A stretch of DNA of 62,888 nt, filler included, from Circinaria calcarea (lineage: Eukaryota), in assembly GCA_051942165.1 (NCBI GenBank). It is 10 parts of 10 records of this genome, joined end to end, with 100 filler letters (N's around TTAATTAATTAA, not from the genome) between each part and the next. Parts side by side here need not be neighbours in the genome. Positions count along the whole stretch, not along the records: positions 18,948 to 25,151 come from JAVECS010001643.1; positions 25,252 to 31,452 come from JAVECS010001644.1; positions 31,553 to 37,749 come from JAVECS010001645.1; 7 more parts are not named here. One strand, written 5' to 3'. Shown piece by piece: positions 23,467 to 36,766 of the stretch; within the stretch, counting starts at the first letter, position 1; each line of letters begins with the position of its first letter. Position numbers and translations under genes: made by a program. The notes beneath the pieces are model-generated. The model saw only the letters and a list, made by a program, of their open reading frames with translations. It did not search any database and had not been told where the DNA came from.

Positions 23467-24622
23467 ATGTCGGAAAGAATCAAGGTTATCTACGGAGCCG
23501 CTTTTTTAGGTAGGTTCTCGGACGAAGAGAAAAAGGCCACCTTGGATGTCCTAGAGCAGTACCGGGTCAAGGACCTTGACACTGCTGCCTCATATGTATG
23601 ATACTGCACTTGTTGGATCTGGTCAAAGCAAGTCTAATAATGTTTACGGTTCATGTAGCCAGGCAGTGAGAAGGTACTCGGTGAATTGGGTGCTCCTGCC
23701 AAGTTCGTGATTCATACCAAGGCTCCTGGAAGGGCTCCTGGCTCGTTGAAGAAAGAATCGGTGCTAGCCGCGGCCGAGAAATCTTTTACGAAACTTGGAG
23801 TCAAAACGGTATATTCCTTTATATATCTATGAATACTTTCCGTACCTGAGGGTCATCGCGTGTACAGATCGAAAGCTACTTTCTTCACGCACCTGATACG
23901 GACACGCCAATTGAGGAAACTCTAGATGCCATCCAGGAAGTCTACAAGTCCGGCAAATTCAAGCATGTACGTTATATGTTAATCTAAGTACTTGGTTGTC
24001 GTCAATGATATTCCAGCCCAACAAAAAGTAGGTAACACACTTACGAAGATAACAGTTCGGACTATCAAACTACCAGCCGGAAGATGTCCAGAGGATTTAC
24101 GACTACGCATCCTCCAAAGGCTATGTACTGCCTAGTGTCTACCAAGGCAATTACAATCCCGTGTCCCGCTTGAATGAAGTAGAGCTTTTCCCCCTTCTTC
24201 GAAAGCTCAAGATGTCCTTTTACGCCTATTCACCCCTAGCCGGAGGTTTTCTTGTTAAAACCCCCGAATTTATGGCGGCCGGAAATCAGGGTAGATGGGA
24301 TAAGAGTGTTCCTTACGGGGCACTATATCATAAGCTGTATAATAAGCCATCGATGTTGGAGGCGCTGACGCAGTGGGAAGCTATTTCCAAGCAGTCGGGT
24401 ATCGCCAAGGCCGCATTGGCTTATAGGTGGGTCGCTTTCAACTCGCAACTGACTGCCAAGTACGGCGATGGTATCATTATCGGAGCAAGTCGTCTGGCCC
24501 AGCTCGAGGAGACGCTGAAGTGGCTGGAGGACGGACCGTTGGATTCCAATGTAACACAGCAGATCGAAAAGGTCTGGGATGCCGTCAAAGACGAGGCTCC
24601 ATTCGATAACTATGCCGGTTAG
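23467..24622 (+). CDS. Aldo-keto reductase (aflatoxin aldehyde reductase / AKR7-like)
   Basis: Spliced exons: LDTAALY, IHTKA, YFLHAPD, FGLSNY, VYQGNYN, FYAYSPLAGGFL, IIGASRLAQLE. Confidence 0.9.
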
Positions 24623-24958
24623 CTGTTTCACTTGAAACTAGAGTTTCCACGCTAACGATGCTACTCCGTAGCCATGCAGGAGTCCAAACTGTGACTTGTA
24701 AGGCAAGTAGGCTATGAATTTAATTTTTGTCTTCCCCTGGTGGCTTTTGAAGATGGGATGGACAGCTTGGTATGGTGACTTGTCCGAGATGGCTCCAAGG
24801 TCTTTGGTGTCACTGACGATCCTCAATACAATAAATTCCCAGGCGGAAATGAAAACAAAACATGCTCCTAACTCTACCCTCATCTAGAATCCGTAAGCGC
24901 AATCAAAATGCCCACTCCGTTCCCCCTTCTCCGTTCCCCCTGCATTCCTCATCTCCCA

Positions 24959-25098
24959 CTAATTTGCCTTCCCCGCCATGGGCGGATACTTCACCCCTTC
25001 CTTCTCGACCTTGGGCTCGCAGGTACACCATTCTTCTCTAGTGATGGAGTCCATGACGCCCGGGACGTGGTTTCCGCAGCCCCACCAGGAGGATCTGT
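24959..25098 (-). CDS. Last exon of a small Cys/His-containing protein (WWGCGxH type), 5'-partial
   Basis: After a CTAAC...AAAG acceptor: RSSWWGCGNHVPGVMDSITREEWCTCEPKVEKEGVKYPPMAGKAN*. Confidence 0.75.
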
Positions 25099-28000
25099 CT
25101 TTTGTAGGGCGGTGTTAGTGTGCGGCTTGGGGGAAAGGGGAGATGGGAGATNNNNNNNNNNNNNNNNNNNNNNNNNNNNNNNNNNNNNNNNNNNNTTAAT
25201 TAATTAANNNNNNNNNNNNNNNNNNNNNNNNNNNNNNNNNNNNNNNNNNNNATAATAACAATGAAACATAAACAGCGCATGTAGGAATGAAATCGGTGAC
25301 ACGGCCACGTAAGACCTATGATGGCTTTAGGCTGCAACCCACCAACATATGCCCCTCACAGGGGCTTTCCTAGCTAGCGGTTCTGTAGCCGCTAAGAATC
25401 AACAGACAAGACGAAATAGGAGGGCTGGACGTTGAAAGAATATTACAAGAGTTTTAAAATGTATGCAAGGGTACGTTCTTCTCCTCTTCCCTATGTAACA
25501 TCTCGGGCATCCGAATATATAGCTAAAGCAATGTCGCCCAGGCCAAGAAATCTAGGACGTCACCAAAATTTGACGAGTGGTAAAGGTCTGAAAAGTGACC
25601 ACAGAAAGGATCAAGAAACCATTGGAAGTCATAGGGCTTACCCAGGCATGTGTTGCATAGGAGGTCCATGCTCAACACTTCCACTCACATCATAAAAGCA
25701 CTTTTTTCGCTGCATAGATAGTTACTAAGTTACACACTCGTACATAGCATAAATGCCACCACACATATTGCATGTTCAACATCCTTAACTTCTACAGGTT
25801 TAGCGCTACTTCTAACAACCCCCCACTTATATCTTAGCGGGCAGTGTCTTCCAGTCTCTCGCATGAAAAAGATCAGAATGCTAAATTTTTCTTTAATAAG
25901 AGGATCTTGATACATGGTCCACATGCATTAGTTCTATGGTATCGAAGACGTCAAGAAAATCTGGCAACCGCAAACAGCCAGCCGTACGGGGTATGAGCAG
26001 CGGGGGTGGAAGGAGCTGTGGGGATGGAATGCCAGATGAATACATGACAAGGAGGGCGCTAAAAGAATCCTGGGCGCGGGGGAGAATTAAAAAAGACAAG
26101 TTGAGGAATCCTGTTCGAAACGAACTACCTTCACACACTACTTCACATGTTTGGTTTTCGAGAACGTTCGACAGCTATATTATTACCATACGCCCACCCG
26201 GCGATTGAGCGGGGATGGTAGAGTAGGGTAAACGATACTGTTTCCCGTATTTAACACATTACAAGATGGAGACTTGGTTTAAGAAAGAGTGTTTGTTGCT
26301 ACCACCGGCGGGCAGCTAGCAGCTGGGTGGCTAAGAGGGGGAGGGGAGAAATGAGTCATATATTTAATACGTAAGCGTGGATATTGATGGGACTCGAGTG
26401 AAGAAAGACGACACGGAAGCCCAGGCGTGGGAGGAATAAGTATTCCGACACCGGAAAAAAAAACCCTTCTCAACATATATCTCTCGTATTCCCCGAACCT
26501 CGTTTACGTTTTGAACAAATTCGATATGCTAAACTGGCTGCCTTGTTTCTCACCCCATATACTCGCACAAAGCATGAACACTCAAGCACAGAGTAAACAG
26601 GGACTAAGTGGTATGCTCCCACATGCTGATGCAAGCTATATAAGACATCAACCTTCTAAAAGATCAATATACAAGTAAAAGGAGGCTGCGTTGAATGAAA
26701 GGGAGATGAGATCCAATAGGTCGTGAAGCACGGGTTTCGGGGGTTGTTGGATGAGAACTAAGAGGGAGGTTTTGCAAGGATCCGTCGGCTTTCCGGGGCG
26801 GAGGAAGAGTGGACAGACAGGCAAATAAGTACCATAAATCCCCGCTACTCCGACGTTTAAAAACCCTGCGATGAAGTTGAGAAAAGTGCTAAGCCGGAAA
26901 CGTGGCGAGTGGATCTTGTTCAGGGCCCTAGCATCAAGGAACCACGCAGCTTTTTCGAACGACATCACCAGAAAATAGAGCAGATCCATGTATTCCAACG
27001 GGACCGGATACAAGACCTCCACCGAAAGACCACATGCTCGGTTTAGGAGTTTTCAAATGCATGCTCTGACTATGATATTATGAACGGAGAGAAAAATGGT
27101 TGAGAAAAGGAGGTTAGAAATTAAAACATGCCGATGGCTGCGGCCGGGGTGAAGATGCGTGCATATAATATAGGTTCTAGAGAAAGAAAACCAAGAAGAA
27201 AATTGCTGGAGATAATTGACAAGAAGGATAAAGACGAATCCAGCTACGGGAACCATATCGAAGCCATTTATCGGGAAACCGGCTTGATCAGGACGAGGGA
27301 TGTATAAAGAGATATGTGTAGTAGCGAGGAGAGTGCGATCGTCCATGAGGATAATCGAAAAGTATGATAGGCAGTACCAAATTGACCGTCAAAGAATCAG
27401 AATGACGGATGGGTACAACGGGTGGAAATTGTACCCACGTTGAATATCACCTTCGGACTATCTATCTAGTCGGAGTATCTGTGGAAGAGACTAGAAATAA
27501 TTATGAGGAACAAGGCAAGGGAAGAAAATCAGATCGATTGAAGCAAGTTCTCTCATCTCCCCATTCTTATTATTCTTTTCAGTATTTTCTCGCTCTTCCC
27601 CTCCTCCGACTGGATCCTTGTGACCACCGGTGTCGGTGTCGGTATCGGAGATCTTCACCAAGATCCTTTTACTATGAAGTGGAATATAAAGAACAGGTCA
27701 AGAGTGGATATAGGAAAAATTTCTTATTTAACCTTACTCCGTATTCATCTTAGATATCAATTATGGAATGATGGGATGTATCCGGGATCCAGCTTTTCGA
27801 TGGAGAATAACATCATAAAATCGGCGATGATTGCCGGTAATATCAAGATACCTGGGGATTTCATCGAATAGGTAGCTGGTTTAACTTTATGAATACAGCA
27901 GGGGCTGCTCGAGTGTCCGCGACCTCAAACTCTGTACTTGGGAAAGGGAGCGCATCATATGAAGAAGCCGATTATTATTTTCGTACACCGACCTCCTACG

Positions 28001-29127
28001 ACTACGAGTATTAATGAATAATCCGCCCCCACAACAATGTTCTACGAAGCAGACATGCTCTCTCTCTCTACGGATCGGACCGGTTAGAGATAATAAATCT
28101 CACGTCGTAAGTACGTACGAAGCACATCTCGCCCGCAGACTTGTTGAGGAAGAAAGGAGGGCCTTGGAGAATTAGAATACCTACTGAAAGTAGCTCGATC
28201 AGCCGTCGGGTAAGAACTCGAGGGAAAAGAGAAAGAGGCTTGGGACCGGGAGTCTGGGATTTATTGAGTTTGGGACACCGAGGATTTGTTTGGCCTTTTG
28301 TAAAACCTGTGGCTGCTGGATTGGGAAGGTTTGTATTAAGGAGGTTTCCTTTTCCGTTTTCGTGTCAGTAAATCTGGCTAGGTTTAGGGGGGCTTTTGGA
28401 GCTAGGATGTAAGAAAGGAGAAGTGTTGGCGGGGAAGTTCGGATGCTGGAGATTTAGGCTCCGAAGCTGCCGTTACAGCTAGGGCAGGTTTACAAAGGGG
28501 CTAGGTACTCCTCTGTCTTATGAGTAGATCAGGTGTGGTTTGTGCGGGAAATATCCGATCAAACTGCGAGGGAGGTTGGTGTTTGGTTCCTAGGTCAGAG
28601 GTTTGATAACTAGGATTTCAAGCTTGATGTTGGTGATTGCGTGTCAAATGGCTGATATAAGGGTATTCCATACCTATATATGAGCGTCAGGTATGGAGGA
28701 ATATAACAACAGGGGAAGAAAAGCGGAGGGCACAGGGGATAGGAGTAGGAAATGCCATTTTACTTTATATTTGTGGTGCAGCCGAGAGCAATATTGCTAG
28801 TGTTATGATACTCGTTACCCCTTATTTTTCAACAGGCTAGCCACCAGTTCTTTATAGCCGAGCAGGATGATACCGTGCACTTGTTTCTCGCTTAGTAAAT
28901 ACCTATCGCTTTGTTCAACACCTAGGGCGAAGCGAATGGTGAAGCGAAAGGACGAAGCGAGAACTGTATCACCAATATTTACTATATATTTGACCAAATG
29001 CGTGCAGTTTTTTCAATCTTTGTACAACACCTCATCCAGAACTTCTCTTCACCAAACCACAAAGCAATCCCTTCCCATTCAAATCCCAATTATTAGCACA
29101 CAAACAGTCAACTGACTACATCTCAAG

Positions 29128-30194
29128 ATGGATGACATACCAATCGACCCTCGGCTTCTGGCATGGCAGGCACCTTCAGCAGAGAGCCCCTATATCGGGG
29201 AAGCTGCTTGTAATATCGTGCCAAGCTCCTACCAAGTAAGTGACTTGAAAGTGATTTCCATAGTTATCCAGGGGCATTAGTATTTCCAAAGATGCTGACA
29301 TGCACATCTCTAGCCATCGCCTTTGCCCACTATCCCTGAAGCCAACCCCGGACGAGAAGCCAAGGCCGACGATCCGAGGCAGGAAGGTAGATCTAAGGTG
29401 ACTGTAAGTATACCAAGAAAAGGCCACAACCAAAGAAAGCAGCAAGGTTGACTTGAAGTTTTCAGAAATCCCGTACTCGACGAACTCGGAGGCCTGCACC
29501 ACCACCGCAAGATGCCAGGAAAGCACCTCGCCACGTTGCCGCGACAGCCATGAAGAGATGGGGCGAGAAGCAGCAAGGACCTGAGTACGACGGCACGATC
29601 ATCTCAGCAACAAGGCCCGATCCCGTCAAACCTGCTGCATGCGTCCAACGAGAAGCAAAAGGGATATTCGAACCACATGAGTGTCCCATCTGCCACGCTG
29701 GATTTGAAAGGTGCCATGGAGTCTACACGCACTTCGGTGCATGTGTAAGACGTAATGGCAACCCTTTGGGGTGGAAGTGGAATGATGATCCGAGCTGTGA
29801 AGGTTATAAAGGCCGGAGCCAACAAGGACTTTGGAACACAGACAGAAAAGCATATCACGAGGAGAAGAAGAGGAAAGAGGAAGAGAAGAAGAGGACAGAG
29901 GCGGAAAACAAGGTAGAGGACTCGGGAAAGAGCATGGAGAGAGTGGAAGAAGACGAGTACGACAAATCCTCCTCTTATTGTCCATGTTATATCTACAGTG
30001 CTAACAAGCGTTGCAAATACAGTGGTGTACCGTACATACTAGGTTACAAAGGAGGAGTGCTGCCGAAAGGGAGAACGTGGATGAAGTCCAGCCTCACGTT
30101 GATAGACGCATGTGTGGCAGCTGGGAGCGATATCATATATAGTCGCGATGTGTATGGCTCGAAGGACTTCACATCTCGTGAGCAGGATAGATAG
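29128..30194 (+). CDS. Hypothetical protein with a C2HC-type zinc finger
   Basis: ATG 29128 MDDIPIDPRLL..., introns (e.g. 29236-29313), then HECPICHAGFERCHGVYTHFGACVRRNGNPLGWKWNDDPSC and a Glu/Lys-rich coil; exon structure approximate. Confidence 0.65.
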
Positions 30195-30869
30195 TCGGCT
30201 GGATTAATAGGGATAGTGTTTGATAATAATAAAGCTATGATGAAAGAGTGCTGTTGTTTTGTGGTTTTTCGGTGATAATCATTGGATGCTTGGCGTCGTG
30301 CAACGCTCACGTGACTATTACCATAATAGTCTGCTTTCCTTCACACCTCCCAATGACAGCAAACAACTATGAAGACATCATCACACCCTGGCAACCATCG
30401 GGATACTACTTGCACAGGCACTGAAAAGAAAAAACTATTGCAGTTGAACCAAATGTAGAAGCTGTCCTCCCCAGGCTTTCATTCTTCCAACCCGCGATCC
30501 ATAAGTAGCCATTCTCGCCTCTCAGACCCATGCTTTTACCGGCTCTTCCGTAGAATCATTGTCAACATACGATGCCTTACCATTTCCATGACTCCCCCTG
30601 TTTTCACAATTCCCATACCTCATATATCCTCTTTGCCGTTCCTTCCTCTAAGGGAGCTCTCACCACGCTCAGTCGTGCCATTCTTCCCTTTCTGCATCTC
30701 CCAGGCTACCTGATCTATCTGGCTCAATCCTTGATGGCGTCTGGGACCTGTACATTTAGCAAACTTTGGTGTTCACCCTAAAAACTTCCAGCGCGGGATT
30801 CCGCTCATTGACTTATCTTCTGATCCTCGCCTAGAAGTAATTATGAAGGGTAGATGCCCTTCCTGGTTT

Positions 30870-31040
30870 TTTCTTGGTTTTTCTGACGCAGCTCTGGAAC
30901 TGTGTATACACGCTGTGTGCCCACGAAAAGCTACCTGAGCAGATAAGACAAACATAACAGTGGATGGTTCCCTGGGTTTCATCTTTTGCGACCCCTGCTC
31001 CTTTGATCAGTGTGGTATCTTTGTCGTTGTATTTGGTAGC
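30870..31040 (-). pseudogene. Degenerate paralog of the 29128 zinc-finger gene
   Basis: Minus frame ATKYNDKDTTLIKGAGVAKDETQGTIHCYVCLICSGSFSWAHSVYTQFQSCVRK aligns with ATRPDP...REAKGIFEPHECPICHAGFERCHGVYTHFGACVRR. Confidence 0.55.
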
Positions 31041-31723
31041 TTGACGATGTAGGAACGGTTGAAGGACTTTCCGGGGGAGGAGGAATCTGAAATGCGCAAT
31101 TCATTTCCGCCCCCGTCCTTTATGTTCTATCATGCTGGTTTCATACTCAACAGCGGAACCGGTTGCTGGTTCCATGGTCTGCTGTATGATGTTCACGGCC
31201 TATGGAAAGAAGTTCATGGAGGGAGCGCTCAACACCTATTTAAAGAGCACCAATTACAAGCTAGAACACACAGACAGCTCCTATATGTACCATCATATAT
31301 AACCCAGCTCGCCAACCTTTTCAGAGTCCTATCCTACATGAATTCTCCTGCCTTGTCTCGTCTTTTCTACTCCTCTGATACCTTCGTTGACAAACTCATC
31401 TCCTTGCTTACCCACATTCCCTTGAATTCGCCCATCTCTATACCGGAGGATTNNNNNNNNNNNNNNNNNNNNNNNNNNNNNNNNNNNNNNNNNNNNTTAA
31501 TTAATTAANNNNNNNNNNNNNNNNNNNNNNNNNNNNNNNNNNNNNNNNNNNNTAGGAGACTCCGAGGTCCCACATTGCGTGATAGCTAGCCTCTAGAATC
31601 GCAAATCTGGAGCTTCGATAAAAGGGATTACATTTCGGAAGCGAAACAGGCTTGGTGACCCAGAGGGCCACACTATTACGCCCATGTAAAAACCACCATC
31701 CTTAGCAATTGCAAGACAATATT

Positions 31724-32619
31724 CTACACCTTCATTTCCGTAAGGCCATACTTCCAGATCGTAATATATGGCGTGATGCCGTCTTCGCGGTAATTCAACA
31801 ACACGATCCTGAAGACATGTCAGCGGCAAATCGTCAAAAACACTCCCAAGGAATATATATATACATTCCATCGGTATCCATTGACTCGCCGACATAGAAG
31901 TCGAAGTCCTTAAAATTCGGCGCGATATGTTTGGTGTAGTAATTCTGTGCTCCGGTTTGGAACTTTTTGATCGTGGCCTCGTCGGCGCCACCCTCCTTGA
32001 GTTTCTCAACCACTTTCTTCATATAAGCTGCGTCATGTCAGTGGCTAGCAATTAGACCAGGTATAGACCAGCTGTAGATGAAGCGCTAACTCTTTAGGGC
32101 ACCGAGGTAGTCCTTCTTTGTGGTAAAGAGCCGAGTTCCTGATGGCTCGTCGCCCATGTAGTTTAGTCGAAAGGCATCCACGACATCGATGACCTGCTTC
32201 TGGCCGTCCTCGACACCTTCCTCCGCCTCTTCCGCGGATGGATTGGCTCCAATGTCTGTAAGTCGAAAGCTCTATCAGTCACCAGATCTTGTAAAGTGTA
32301 TGGACTCAACGGGTTGATAGAAGAGCTGGCTCTCGTGGGCTCTCGAGGATGCTGACCAATGTTATCGATGCCTTTCGTGACCCTTTTGCAATCGACTTCA
32401 TATACGGCATCGTCGACCTCTTTCAACTCCCATGTATCGGAGATAATCTCGTCGCCACTAACAATGTCCTTGGGAATGCATCTTGATTAGCCTCGTTTAC
32501 TCCGAGTGTTGTTTTCGACTGAAGTGAGGCAACATATAACTGCAAAACAGAATCGCCAGATTTGCGCCGGAAGCGTAGCCGCGCATCTAATCCGGGATAC
32601 GAACCTTGTAGATGATCAT
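31724..32619 (-). CDS. TMA19: Translationally controlled tumour protein homolog
   Basis: [25 protein letters not shown]...[12 protein letters not shown]...[16 protein letters not shown]...[25 protein letters not shown], multi-exon. Confidence 0.97.
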
Positions 32620-33319
32620 GATGACTTGTGAGGACTGTTTTGAGAGGGATCCAAATGCGAAGAACAACAAGCGACTAAGCAGCAGAACGTCAGGCGGGAC
32701 TTGTGGTGCTTGAGCAAGCAAATGGATTGTGGGGTAATAAAAATATTCGACGGAAATAAAGTCAAAGGTGGGGGATGCCTGGAGAGAGCAAAAGCTAACC
32801 TAGATTAGATTAGCGCGAGTATCGCAGCTCAGAGCCTCAGAGTTCGCATTTCGCAACGCAACGTCTCACGAATATCTCAATGGATCATAACCACCGGCCT
32901 GGTAACTTTCACCAAGACCACTTACTGTCTCTATCGGTGTTTGGGATACATGCTACAGGACCACTTATCTTTCGAAACACCGGAACTGCTCTTCAGCATT
33001 CATGTTACATGGCCATCGGCAGCCGGAGAATTTGGACGCCGGCATTGCGGGCGGTACAGCACGAGAGCACTGACGTTTACCGATCGTTTTCGTCACTGAA
33101 TGCTTACCTTTCCGTCACTCCCTACACCATTCCTTTTGTACAGCAGCTACATTGATCTTAGGGGTGTTACATTTCAGAGAATTCTTGTCGTTATTTCTTT
33201 GAGCAGTAAAAGCCTTCGGACTCATATAGACTGGATCCAGGGCGCAGCTGGTGTGGCCCCTTTCAACTGATCCCCAGTCTTCTGAAAGGACACTCCCTTG
33301 ATTTACTTACCTGCGCGAC

Positions 33320-34906
33320 ATGGCGAATTCTCCGGTTCAGAATGCGCTGCCACCGCTTCCTGCATATCATCTTACTCCCCTCCCTCCTCTAGTCGCGCCG
33401 ATTCCCGACAAGCTCCTCACTCTCCTCCTCCCAATTGCCGCGTACTGGATTCTGTCCATGATGTTCCACTGGATCGACACCAAGGACTACTTTTCCCAGT
33501 ACAGACTTCATACGCCTGCAGAAGTGTTGAAGAGAAATCATGTCTCGAGATGGGAGGTCGCACGCGACGTTGTGATTCAGCAAGTGGTACAGACCATTGT
33601 CGGCACTTTGTTAGGCATGACAGAGCCAGATGACTTCTCCGGAAAGGATGAATATAATGTAGCGGTATGGGCTCGGAGAATTCGGATATCGCAACGGGCA
33701 ATTCCAGGGCTGCTGTCCTTGGTTGGCGTCAATGCACCAGGCTTGGCTAAGAATTTGGCTGGATCATACCCCATGTTAGCCAGCGTAGTGTCTGGGGGAT
33801 CGTATCCATTCCTAACGGAAATGGTCACTTTTGGACGTGGTCAGTCAACTTCAGCGCCAGCCTTCACAGTCTGGGAGATTGTCCTCGCGAAAACCCTTTA
33901 CTGGTATGTAGTACCGGCGCTCCAATTCGGATTGGCCATCTTGATAGTGGATACCTGGCAATACTTTCTGCATCGTGCTATGCATATGAACAAATGGCTT
34001 TACAGTAAGAACGTTACTGCTTTCTGGAAGTGCGAACGGAGTAAAGCTGATTTCATTCACAGCTACCTTCCACTCCCGTCATCATCGACTCTATGTACCA
34101 TATGCTTTCGGCGCTCTGTACAATCATCCATTCGAAGGCTTCCTTCTAGATACCTTAGGTGCAAGTGTTGCATTTAAGTTAGCCGGCCTTAGCACTCGAC
34201 AAGGAATGTGGTTCTTCACGTGCTCAACCATCAAGACCGTCGATGACCATTCTGGATATGCATTGCCTTGGGATCCTTTGCAGCATTTGACGTCAAACAA
34301 TGCTGGTTATCACGATGTTCACCACCAAAGCTGGGGCATAAAGGTAACTACCGTGTGACCTGTTATCTGAGCTGTCTAACCACCTGATAGACAAACTTTT
34401 CTCAACCGTTTTTCACATTTTGGGATCGGATATTAGGGACTGTATGGACTGGGGGAGACGTATCTGTTCGATATGAGCGTGCTCGTCTGACAGCGCAACG
34501 AAGAGTTGACCAGGACAATAAGCAAAGGACAATCACACACTCATCCGCGGCCGATAGTATGACCCAAGACTTTAAACCTTACCAGGATGAGCTTCAAAAT
34601 GCTCTGAAATTACAGCAGGTACCTCCTGAGGAACAGGTGCCGTCGCCGCCGAAAGGAAAGGCTGAGCAGCAGGCAGCTGGCTCGCGTGAACAGGTATTGG
34701 AAGATCACCGTGATGGAGGGCACCAGGTCTTGATTGAAGAGGCGCAAGAGGAGAAAGAAGCCAGAAGTATGATCCGGAAAAGCAACCGACGAAGGGCAGC
34801 AAGTTCGTTAACGCAGAGTGACAGCTTCAGAGGTCTGACGGAGCGGGTCACTGGGAGCATGCACGGGAGGACGGGAGGGATTCTCGGCATGGAGAGCAGC
34901 CGATAA
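33320..34906 (+). CDS. SUR2: Sphinganine C4-hydroxylase
   Basis: His boxes HRAMH, HSRHH, DDH and HDVHH; YVPYAFGALYNHP; KTNFSQPFFTFWD; two introns. Confidence 0.95.
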
Positions 34907-36384
34907 CTGAAGCTGGTCATGTCAATGGATAATACTGATGCCAATGCACTGTATGCTGTCTGTACTACCTAGGATTTCTTTTGGGATTCAATTCTTGTAC
35001 AATTTTTACTCAGGCTGCTAGGACTTCTTGTCTGGCGGTCTTCTGGGGTGACATTACTTTATGACTGAAAGAAGTATCAAATTTTTCTTTCAAACGCCCG
35101 GTTACTGGGATTGTTCTGGTTATCTAGATTAATATAATGTATTGCGACCAGATTGTAATGCACCATTTCTGATATGCAACCGCACTTCCAGACTCTATTT
35201 CCATTGACATAGCAGTTTTCCCGGTATTCTGCAGGAAGAGCAGATTCTGTGCCTGTTTCGAATACTTGAACATGGGGTTTTCGGCTGATAATCCTGAAGG
35301 TTTTCTCCGCATCCAAATCTCCATTAGTTGCGAAGATAACTATGAAAATGTTAAGATGCTTCCAACTTTCCCAAAATGCAGCAACCTCGTCTTTCTTGAT
35401 ACACAGGCCATCTTTTCCCATGATTATCATATCAATCTGACATCCGGGCCTAGTGTTAGATAGGACAACTCATCCAATTTTCCAGTGCTTGGTTCAAAGA
35501 ACCAGAATGCCTTGGTTGGTAATTTTGAATCCGCCGGTCGGCCGTTCCATTGGATATGTGTTACAGGCGAAAGCGGAATATTATACCGAGTGTAATAATC
35601 TGGAACAAAGCTGTCTCGTTCGTGGCCGGCCTATCTAAAGCGCTGTATGCCTAGCGCAATCCTGGGTACTGAGCTTTCCGTGGCGATCTGCCCGGGAACA
35701 TTCGGTGAGGTGATTTGCAGAGGGATTCGTGAAATGTCACCACTGGGTCTATATACGCAGTTACTGCCACTCTGTTTGCATTGAGCACTGTTTGGGTGTT
35801 AGCGGTAAGTTTGATAGGCGATATGTTAACATTACCAGGTCGTTGAGCTCCCCGAGGTCTCTCGATATACTGACACTCTTGATTCCATATCAAACAATAG
35901 CTACTACTCTCAAGTCTAGCGCTTCAATCTTGATATTAGAATATTATAATTACCATTTTGGGTATGCTTTCGAACATCTATTCTCATTCAAGGCACAAGA
36001 ATTACCTTTCCTTCTTTGATGAGGTAAAAGTATCGATAGGTCGGATTCTGGAGGTTCTGGATCTTCCAAAGCTGACTTTACAGATTCTTCGTCATCTTTC
36101 ACTTTGGAGACTGACCAGTCATCTCCTAGAAGTCCCTCCTTACCCGATACAATGGTGGATTCGGAGATTCCTAAAGCACTTTGCTTCATGCACCTGCCTC
36201 CTTAGTTTGTGGTTCCCGAATGTATCTGTACACATCCTGCGTCTTGAGAGTTCGGTAGAGATTTGATAGCCACAAGAACCACACTGGATTCAGGCACCCC
36301 GGAAAGATGTACGCCCCCTGTTATCATCGGCCGTAGAGGTAGAAGAGTAGGGACGAAACCGAGAGAAAGCAGGATCAATCTACC

Positions 36385-36766
36385 TGAGGGGAGTTGCCGG
36401 GGGGAAGTCGTCCGGTTTTCTAGAGTAGTTTACCTACCGGCGGGAAATATAAAACTAACATGATTTTGAATTGAGCCTTTGTACGGAGTACGTGCAGAGT
36501 ATGTAGTTTGCGGCTGATGCGCTGTACATTTTTTATGCGATGCTCACCAACAATATATATAGACCGCAAATATCGAGTGATTTACTTGGCTCGAAATACG
36601 CATATGTCGTAAACTTAATCGTCATATCAGAATTCAAATCCAAGTCGTAAAGTAATAAAGAACTTACAAAGTTCCACTATACATGTAATTCTATATTTTT
36701 GATTTCACTAGCGGGTAGATTACTTCAAGAAAACTGGACGATATCCCCCCTGCGACTTCCCCAGAT
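36385..36766. mobile_element. MITE-like non-autonomous element (~380 nt, ~70-nt imperfect TIRs)
   Basis: Left GGGGAGTTGCCGGGGGGAAGTCGTCCGGTTTTCTAGAGTAGTTTACC is the imperfect reverse complement of right GGTAGATTACTTCAAGAAAACTGGACGATATCCCCCCTGCGACTTCCCC; AT-rich non-coding core; second copy at 7033. Confidence 0.75.

Noticed and set aside
35077..36189. Minus-strand ORF fragments after SUR2
   Set aside because: Cannot be joined into a supported gene; no recognisable domain.
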